A stretch of DNA of 63,499 nt, counting the filler, from Octopus bimaculoides (Eukaryota): NCBI RefSeq assembly GCF_001194135.2. It is 5 parts of 5 records of this genome, joined end to end, with 100 filler letters (N's around TTAATTAATTAA, not from the genome) between each part and the next. Parts side by side here need not be neighbours in the genome. Positions count along the whole stretch, not along the records: positions 42,279 to 63,499 come from NC_068984.1; 4 more parts are not named here. One strand, given 5' to 3'. The translations under genes and the position numbers were made by a program. Under the pieces are notes generated by a model, which saw nothing but the letters and a program-made list of their open reading frames with translations, was not told where the DNA came from and made no database searches. Position 1 is the first letter of the stretch. Every line of letters begins with the position of its first letter. Of this stretch, positions 54,360 through 63,499 are shown piece after piece.

Positions 54360-55165
54360 AAATAGATCATTTCCTTTTTATGGATGATATAAAGCTTTAT
54401 GTAAAAACTGAGAAGTTGCTTGAAAGTCTTGTACATATAGTTCAGAGATTCTCAAATGATGTTGGTATGGAATATTGGATTGAAAAGTGTACTCTATTGA
54501 TAATGAAATGAGGAAGATTTGAAGGAATTTAGGGAATTGAAGTGCCAAATGGGCAAACAATAAAAGCAGTTGAGGAAAAAAAACAGTGGTATAAATATTT
54601 GGGAATACTGGAGGCAGATGAAATTAAACATGAAGAGCTGATGCAAATTACAAGTAGGATGTATACAATAAATGAGAAATATATTACAGTCTAAGTTGTA
54701 TTAAAAAATGCTATTGAAACAATAAATACAAGAGCAGTACCAGTAATCAAATATAGAGTTGGACTTGTAAACTGGACCACAGACAACATACAGAAACTTG
54801 ACAGAAATACTAGAGATCTGTTGACAATGTATGGAGCCCACCATCCGAAAGCTGATATCAACTGGCTGTACCTGAAGATAGACCAAGGTGGAAGAGATTC
54901 AACTGCTGTGGTACAGTGTGTACAAATGAAAAGAAAATGCCTACTAGAATATTTACTGAACAATACCGAGAAAGTACTAAAGGCAGTGAATAAAAAAACA
55001 GGTGATCACATGTGAAATAGGAGTAAAAGACAAGAATGAAATTCAGAGAGATCATGTTGAAGAGAAACCTTTGCATGGTCAGTTTTGGAAAGCCACTGAG
55101 GACATATGTGGGCTTGGATCAAAAAAAGGGCAACTGTGAAAAGAAACAGAGAGCTTTATTATAGT
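54360..55165 (+). pseudogene. R4/Dong-like non-LTR reverse transcriptase remnant
   Basis: HFLFMDDIKLY (RT motif), FSNDVGME..IEKC, YKYLGILEAD, MYGAHHPKADINWLYLKIDQGGR, KPLHGQFWK, with stops and frameshifts. Confidence 0.85.
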
Positions 55166-55499
55166 AGCTCAATGGAGGCATGACCAAATCTGGAAAGTTT
55201 TGCACTGGAGGCTTTGTCAGAAATAGAAGTTTGAAGCTGGTATAATCATTAGGTTGAAAGAGAGCTTGAGCTGGATAAATGCAAAATATTATGAGATTCT
55301 CCAGTTCAAATGGACAAGAAGACAGAAAATAATCAACCTGCTAACTAAATTAGTATGCACTAACGTAATAACAATAATCATAATAATTTTGAATATATTT
55401 TGGACAGATTTGTATTTTGTACCTTTTTCTTTATCTAAAAATGCTTATGGTATAATCCTCTAAGAAAGATGTGATATTCTCTATTCTCAACAATGTTAT

Positions 55500-56020
55500 T
55501 ATAATATACTCTGAATTTCTTGAAACTCTACCAACCCATCTTTGGATCAACTTATCACATCAGAGGAATTAACCTGAATATTAATTCTATTTGAATATAT
55601 TTAATTGAACTATAATTCTTTTTTATCAAAAAATATCAAAATATGGTGTGTATATTTAAGTATATGCTGCTTTAGGTTGCTTCTCGATTTTATGACATTG
55701 CCTACTTCTGTTGAGATAGGGTTGAATTCATTTTATGTTTGCCTTGTGTGCTATGTCTTTTAAATGCATCTGTAACCATTTTGTTGAATGTATGTACAAT
55801 GATGTCTTTATTGGTGGATGCATGCTGTTGAGAAACAAAAATTTTGATTCTGTTACTTGATGAAACACATTCAGTTGTGCTTTTTTTTGGGGAAATTTGT
55901 AAATGTATTTTTACTATTCCTCGTTCATGTGCAAGTATATTGTGAAGTATATTCTGGCTAAGCTGTCTCTGAAAATTGGGGAATTGTTTACCAAGTAGTT
56001 AGGTGTATGGAGCAGAAGGT
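55500..56020 (-). pseudogene. Highly degenerate Penelope-like RT remnant
   Basis: Minus-strand QQHASTNKDIIVHT and VNSSDV pieces resemble the PLE RT segments (KQ.T.I....I.IIMH; VNFLDV). Match is weak and by eye. Confidence 0.3.
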
Positions 56021-56056
56021 TTACGACCAAGAGAAAATTGTTGTTTGTCGAGATGT

Positions 56057-56101
<45 letters not shown>

Positions 56102-56412
56102 CTGATATAGATTGTTTAGCATGTAAGAGGATTTTATTGATAACAATATTATATTATGTCTTTTGTTAACTGCACTATTTGAAAATCCAGAGTTGTAGTG
56201 TGCACAGAAATTTCCTCTAATGACAGTGTTTGTGAGAGGGCTGCAGTTTGTAGTCATGATATACAACCTAATGGAATGGTTCGTTAGATTGGTGGGGTTA
56301 TATTTTCATTATATTAATGTGGTTTATGTTACTAATATATATTATGAAACCCTGCATTTCTAGAGTAGTTTCATGTTAGTTTACAAATGTCTTGTGTGTA
56401 TGAGTGTGTGTA

Positions 56413-56639
<227 letters not shown>

Positions 56640-57245
56640 NNNNNNNNNNNNNNNNNNNNNNNNNNNNNNNNNNNNNNNNNNNNNNNNNNNNNNNNNNNNN
56701 NNNNNNNNNNNNNNNNNNNNNNNNNNNNNNNNNNNNNNNNNNNNNNNNNNNNNNNNNNNNNNNNNNNNNNNNNNNNNNNNNNNNNNNNNNNNNNNNNNNN
56801 NNNNNNNNNNNNNNNNNNNNNNNNTGCACATTTTTTATCTGTGACATGAGACATACCCACTTGTGAAAGAGTCTCTATAATCAGATTTTGAGTATAGTTT
56901 GCAATGGTTGATGGTTATGTGTTTTGACAGTAAAAGTTTTCCTGAATATATGTTGCATGTATGTTTTGAGTGATGATAAAATCTTTTAGCTCCATAAACG
57001 TGCTTTTAATGTGGTTACTGTTGTATTGCAATTTTTGTTTTTTCATTTTTGGTATCATGTTTAAAAAGGATTATTTATTTGTATGAAACATTTGTTTTGC
57101 AAATGTATTTTGTGTGAAGCTGTGACATTTGGAAGGGACATAGTAATGGTATTGTCTGTTTTTATCATTGTTCTTGCTCTGGTGGTATTTATTCAGTAGA
57201 GTCGTGAATTTTTCTGAATTGTTTGCAAATATTGTTGCTTGAGGG

Positions 57246-57288
<43 letters not shown>

Positions 57289-59449
57289 CCACCCACCCAC
57301 AAACACACACACGCATGAAAATTCTGAAGAATTTGCATGTTACCTATAAAAGGTTTCAAGTTTGTACAGATTCATGGTCAAAGATGGCAAACCACAACGA
57401 AGCTTCCCTAATAACTCCAGGAAAGGAATGCATGTTTGTTTGGTGTGTGTGTCTGTGTCTGTGTATATATGCATCCTTGTGTGTATATATGTATGAATAT
57501 TTATTGTTGAAAGTTTGGTGAATGTGTGCATATATATGTGCACAACTAAATAATTGTACACACACACACATATTTTTTCTTAGCTGGATCTTTGTATGGA
57601 AAGAATGGCTGTTGCATACATAGATACATGAACTTTATATTGACACATGAATGCTATTTAACACCTACGCAATTACAACATTGCACATTTAACCATGATT
57701 CTATACTTAGGTGCCAATAGTTTAGCAACACCATGTCCCCTCTCACTTTATCTCTCATTTTTATTCTCTCTCTCCTTCCCTTCTCCTCTAACTTTCTTTC
57801 TTTCTGACTGTTTGTCTCTCTTTCTCAGTCTTGCTCTTTCTTTCTCTTCCCATGTAATCTTCCTATGAACTCAACTGTGTTTTCTCTTCCAGTCCTATTA
57901 TCTCATTCTCCAACTGTCTTTATATACCCAACCTGCAATGTAAACAAGCATTGCAAAATTAGGTTTGTTTCTATTTCCTTTTCCTTTCCACTTCCTTTTG
58001 TTAAAAGTCTTCATACACAAATTTAGAGCCTTTTTTTATTTCCTTTATTTGGCATATTCATCTTCCTTATACACACACTTTTCGAATTGTTTCATCTTGT
58101 TTTCTATGTTTCTTTTTTTGCACTGCATCTTTTGTCTTTCATATATTGTTTAATTTCTAACTTCCCTTTACTTTATAATGTTCTTCATTTTACTTCATAG
58201 TCTGACTATTTATTTCTCTCTCTATCTCTATCACTATCTCTCTCTCTATCACTATCTCTCTCTCTCTGTCTCTCTCTCTCTGTCTCTCTCTGTCTCTCTC
58301 TCTCTCTCTCTTCTCTGCAGGTACGTTTGCATGAGGATGCATGTATGACTGTGTCATTATTTTTACTTCATTATCATGTTTTAAGTTCAGTTTCACTGTG
58401 TGAGACTTTGGGTAAATGTCTTTTACCATAAACCCAGGCTGACTAATGTTCGCAGTGGAACAGTTGTCTATATATGTGTGAATAGCGACATTCTAAAATT
58501 TGTCATGAAACCACTAAAAGAAAACAGTGATATGTTGTTTACAGTACTTGGCAACCACATTAATGCTGAAGGCACAGAAAAAGGTACTCAATACATACAG
58601 TAAGGTGGTTAGCATTATGAAATGCATTCAACCATAGAAATCATGTCAATGCTGGAATGGAGCATGTTACAAACCTGTGGTTCCCCAGACCCAATTATAC
58701 TGTCTGCCCCTTACCAACATGAGGAAATAGACATTAAGTGATGATGATGATGCTGATGATGATCATAATGATGACGACAATGAGGATGACGATGATGATG
58801 ATGATGCTTGGGAGCTACCATTCTATGCTTTTAAAGACCAGTAGAATAAGGATTCCCTTTCTTGGAAAGTAGACAAGTGTTAGAATAAACAGCGTCATGT
58901 GGCTGCAGAATGATGTCTGTCACACATTCCATCCAACTCACGATAGAATGTTATAATGGACTAAGATAGTTAAGTCCTTTTTAATTCACTATTACCAAGT
59001 TAGATGCTGTGATATCAATATGATATATTTTGCAAGGCATTTATTCTTAAGATGGTAAAAAGCTGTGAAGTTTGTTTTACCATTCTCCTCTCATGAATAA
59101 TACTTTTAGAAAAAGTTAATGAAATCATCATATCAATATATCAGCTATTTTTAGATTAAAATTTAAGTTTAAAATTATCTATATGAGCAAAATCTTCTTG
59201 CAACATCTACAGACCAGTGTAGAATCAGAAAGATCACTTTTAGCTGTCAGAAAACTGGAAACAAGTTTATCTGAAAATTCATTTAAAAGTCTTTCTTTCT
59301 TTCTCTCAATTTCTCAAACCGAAAATAATTCTCAATAGTTTTGATTTCCTTTTAAGAATTTTTTTCTTAACTTTCCATGAGCTTCAAAAGTGTTTGTACT
59401 GTTTATTCAAATTCAAATTTTTTCATTTCATTTTAGTTTAAATAGTGAA

Positions 59450-59735
59450 GGCATGTGACTTAATAGTTAGGGTAATCAGTTTATGATCATAGGGTCGTGA
59501 GTTTGATTCCTGGCAGCATGTATCCTTGAGCAAGATATTTTATTTCATGTTGCTCCACTCCACTCAGCTGGCAAAAATGAGTAGACTGGCCTTGTCATAT
59601 TCTGTGCTGTGCTGAATCTCCCAGAGAAGTATGTTGAGGGTACACATGTCTCTGGAATGCTCAGTCACTTACATGAATAGGCTACTCTGCTGATTGGATC
59701 AACTGGAGCACTCATCGTCAAAACCAATGGAGTGT
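59450..59735 (+). mobile_element. SINE family C-like element
   Basis: tRNA-like head gtgacttaatagttaggg...gagtttgattcctgg and ccttgagcaagatatt core. The tail is the reverse complement of a relative at ~35750-35920. Confidence 0.65.
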
Positions 59736-60268
59736 CAGTTAGTTAATTTTAATGTTCCTATCATTTTTACATTCCATCTCCTCATCTACTTTCTGTTAGT
59801 TGTTTATAATTTTAAAATATTATTATACCTTACTGGTTTAAAAGCATACATCTTATGATTTTTGTCATGAAACTAGAAGAAGGCTTTTAAACTATTTCTA
59901 CCTATTACATTAGTGACTAAAAATATTAAAATATTGATTTTATGAGCCAGTATCAGTATTAGAGTTGATACCACTGTAGAACATTAAATTTGAAATTCCT
60001 CAGTATTCAAGTACTTCACACACATGCATGTACACACACACATACATACACATATATACGTGCTCATATGAATAAGTTGAATAAAGACATTAAATTCTAT
60101 GAACGAAAGTTTTTTATTTATTGAAAATATTTCTTCTTCTAGAGAGTATAGAACAATCACTTGGTGGAAAGATAATCTCAAGAACCAAGAAATGCCCTAT
60201 ATATAATACATATATACAAAAAAAAATGGGGAATACGTCTGGGTATATGGTATGATAATATATATATA

Positions 60269-61292
60269 GGAATATCTGGTGTTGTTATTAGAAATAAGTA
60301 ATAGTAATTTGTGACTTCTAAGTTAGTTCCTGTAATTACAAGGGAAGCTCTAGTTTAAACTAAACTAAGGATGCTATTACAATTTGTATGCAATAGTATG
60401 TACATATGGGCTATGTAAAGGAATAGTAAAAAGAGTTAAAGAGTACATAAAAATCATTAAACTCAATAGAAAATTATAACGTGTAGCGCGAGTCGGTATT
60501 CTAGCTATCAATTGAAATTTAATATAGGATTAATGCCATATTGTACTATGTAAATTATAATATATAGTTTGGTAATCAGGGTACTTGGTTTAAAATGTGA
60601 ATTTATGTGATGTGGTAAGTGAGATAGTAAGGAGAGGTAATAAGATGTTAAGGAGGTTCATTAATAAACTGTAATGCAGGGATTAGTGATATTTAAAGAA
60701 TAAGTAGAGTTTAATGATATTTCGAGAATAAGAATTTATCTTTATGCAAACAAATTATATTTTTCTCATCTCATCTATTAAGTAATTATAAACGAGATGA
60801 GAAAAATATAATTTGTTTGCATAAAGATAAATTCTTATTCTCGAAATATCATTATACTCTACTTATTCTTTAAATATCACTAATCCCTGCATTACAGTTT
60901 ATTAATGAACCTCCTTAACATCTTATTACCTCTCCTTACTATCTCACTTACCACATCACATAACTTCACATTTCAAACCAAATACTCTGATTACCAAACT
61001 ATATATTATCATCTACGTAGTACAATATGGCATTAATCCTATATTAAATTTCAATTGATAGCTAGAATACCGACTCACGCTACACGTTATAATTTTCTAT
61101 TGAGTTTAATGATTTTTATGTACTCTTTAACTCTTTTTACTATTCCTTTACATAGCCCATATGTACACACTATATCATACAAATTGTAATAGCATCCTTA
61201 GTTTAAACAAGAGCTTCCCTTGTAACTACAGGAACTAACTTAGAAACCACAAATTATCGTTACTTATTTCTAATAACAACACCAGACATCCC
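60269..61292. repeat. ~1-kb palindrome (~500-bp arms, 21-nt spacer), probably Penelope-derived
   Basis: 60269-60772 is the reverse complement of 60794-61292, about 95% identical by eye. The centre translates LSNYKRDEKNIICLHKDKFLFSKY. Confidence 0.9.
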
Positions 61293-61534
61293 CACTACGT
61301 ATAACTCCTTTGGCCAACACCGCCAGTCAAATAGTCACTGTCCCCACTTACTGTCACACCTACCTAATGAAGGAATCTACTAACACATGGAAATTTACAA
61401 GTCACTAAAATGTAAGCCTGCAGACTTTAACGAACAATTTTCATTTTCTTTTTTTTTTCTTTGCCTTTAAACACCAATGATCCACTACTCATTGTTAATT
61501 ATTGTTCCATTTCTTATCTTCTCTATATATATTA

Positions 61535-62810
61535 TCAGGTCATCCCATAAGTTCTGTCCAATTTTCCCTTTTTTAAAACTGAACAAAATTTATTAGTATT
61601 TTAGAATGTCTAATAGAATTAAAGATTATTCTTATACATTTGTGTCCATTTAAACTAATTAAATATTATTTTACAGAATAATAGAATTAAAACCTCTTTG
61701 ATTAAAACCCTTTCTAACATGGAAGTATCCATAGAGCATTTGAGGCACATAATGCTTTATGAGCACGAAAAAGGAAACTCTGCAGCTGAAGTGACTTGAA
61801 ACATACTCAGTTTATGGGGAAGAATGCTTGAATGAAAAAACTTGCAAAAGATGGTTTGCAAAATTCAAAAGTGGAGATTTCGGCCTTGAAGATAAGGATC
61901 GAACATGACGTCCAGTGGAGTTTGATGATAAGCTCCTTGAGGCATTACTTGAATAAAATCCTGCATTATCAGTTGAAGAATCGGCAATAAAGCTCAATTC
62001 AAACCATACAAACTGTTCATCATCATCTTCAACAACTTGGAAAGGTTCCTAAACTTGGAAAATGGGTGCCTCATGAATTGTCCGTAAGCAACCACAAATC
62101 CTGCGTTGACATCTGCTCTTCTCTGCATTCTTGCGAACTCTTTTCACCTTTTTTGGACAGACTTGTGACTAGTGACGAAAAATGAATCTTCTATTGAAAT
62201 GTTAAACGCTGTAAATAGTGGATTGGTAAAAGGACAAAAACTCAGCCACAGCCAAAAGGGAACTTCATGGAAAAAAGGTTCTTCTCTCTATCTGGTGGGA
62301 TTGCAAAAGAGTAGAATTGTTACCACCTAATGAAACATTCAATGCACAAGTCTACTGTCAGCAATTGAAGCATTTGAACTAAGCTTTGAAGAAAAAAGAC
62401 CTGCTTTAGTGAATCGAAAATGAGTGATGTTTCATCAGGACAATGTGTGACCCCACAGTGCAAAAATTAATTCACAGAAGATCAAAGAGCTTGGTTGGGA
62501 AAACATTCGTCATCCACCTTATTCTCCCGACTTTGCTCCTTCAGACTACCATTTGTTTTGTAGTTTACAGAATCATTTGGGGGACATAACTTTTGCAAGC
62601 CAGGAGGAGGTCGAAACTGACATTTCAGAGTTCTTAGCTTTGAAACCAAAGGAGTTTTACATTGATAGGATTAAAAACCTTGAAAATAGATGGAAGGGAG
62701 CCATAGATAATTAGGGAAAGTATATTGATGATTAAATTTCAATTAAATATAACATTTGATCACTTGTTTTCTTTATTCAGAATTCGGACAGAACTTATGG
62801 GATGACCTGA
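61535..62810 (+). mobile_element. Full-length (1276 bp) mariner transposon
   Basis: Perfect TIRs ta|tcaggtcatcccataagttctgtcc ... ggacagaacttatgggatgacctga|ta with TA target duplication. Confidence 0.95.
61719..62735 (+). pseudogene. Mariner transposase pseudogene
   Basis: WFAKFKSGDF, KWVPHEL, LVTSDEK, HQDN, HPPYSPDFAPSDYHLF motifs, with several stops and frameshifts. Confidence 0.92.
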
Positions 62811-63177
62811 TAAATTACCTACTACTGTATACCATATAACAAGGACAATACGTAGTGAAGTAATATATCAGGAATGCCTACGGATACATCTATCCCTTAA
62901 ATGGTTGCATAACCTCTAACATATATCTTGCTATATATACATATATACATACTTGTATGCGTTTGTGTTCTTTCCTTCACATTGTGTGGTCGTAATATAA
63001 ATGTCACAGTCATGCAAGTAGTGTCCTTTCTTTCCAGTCATCCATGATTACATGTCCAATCATTGGGAAGTATCAGCTTGCTTGGAAACCGTTGAGGATT
63101 TTTTTATATACATACAAACATACATACATACATGCATATATATACACACATATATATATACATGATTATATATATGT

Positions 63178-63499
63178 ACTAGCAGTATAACCCGACCTTG
63201 TCCGGGTGTGACTTATTATGCCATCTACGATAAGTCTTGCTAGCTGATAATCAACTAAAAAAGAAAGCCTTACAACGAAAAAACCCTTATGATGTAAATA
63301 TGTTCATAATTCAAAAGACGATGAAATTAATAGGGAAAGTCTGGAAGCTGTTTTGCGTAAAATTATTAAGCATACGTAAATTTCATCCGTGTAATTGGCT
63401 ATAGAAATGCTTGTGCAAAACAACTTTTTGCGCTGCCCTGATTATACATAGCAGGGTAATCCCTTTTCACAGGAGCTAGGATGGCAATTTGTGATGAAG
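63178..63499 (+). mobile_element. 5' part of a Helitron-like non-autonomous element
   Basis: Begins actagcagtataacccgaccttgtccggg, related to the motif at 50018-50046. Confidence 0.45.

Noticed and set aside
60269-61292. Possible mitochondrial control-region insertion (NUMT)
   Set aside because: No flanking mitochondrial tRNA or gene sequence recognised. The PLE-like peptide at the centre explains it better.

Overview
AT-rich, repeat-dense eukaryotic non-coding DNA. It is most likely from an octopus genome, inferred from the SINE families and the very high microsatellite load. No intact host protein-coding gene can be supported, and nearly all supplied ORFs are microsatellite or N-gap artefacts. 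Four identical 100-bp spacers (44 N + TTAATTAATTAA + 44 N) split the window into five artificially joined pieces. Recognisable content: many tRNA-derived SINEs of at least three families; five mariner-type elements, including a full-length 1.28-kb copy with perfect TIRs; a Tc1 remnant; a hAT-type MITE; a decayed Gypsy LTR element lacking RT/RNaseH; R4/Dong-like non-LTR fragments next to (TAA)n tracts; Helitron-like non-autonomous elements; and Penelope-like (PLE) remnants. The most interesting items are a tRNA-headed SINE-like element whose tail carries a minimal hammerhead-ribozyme motif (G12A in this copy), a ~1-kb near-perfect palindrome apparently derived from a PLE 3' end, and a 126-nt hairpin. 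A few isolated exon candidates are listed at low confidence. No CRISPR array or novel multi-gene system is evident.
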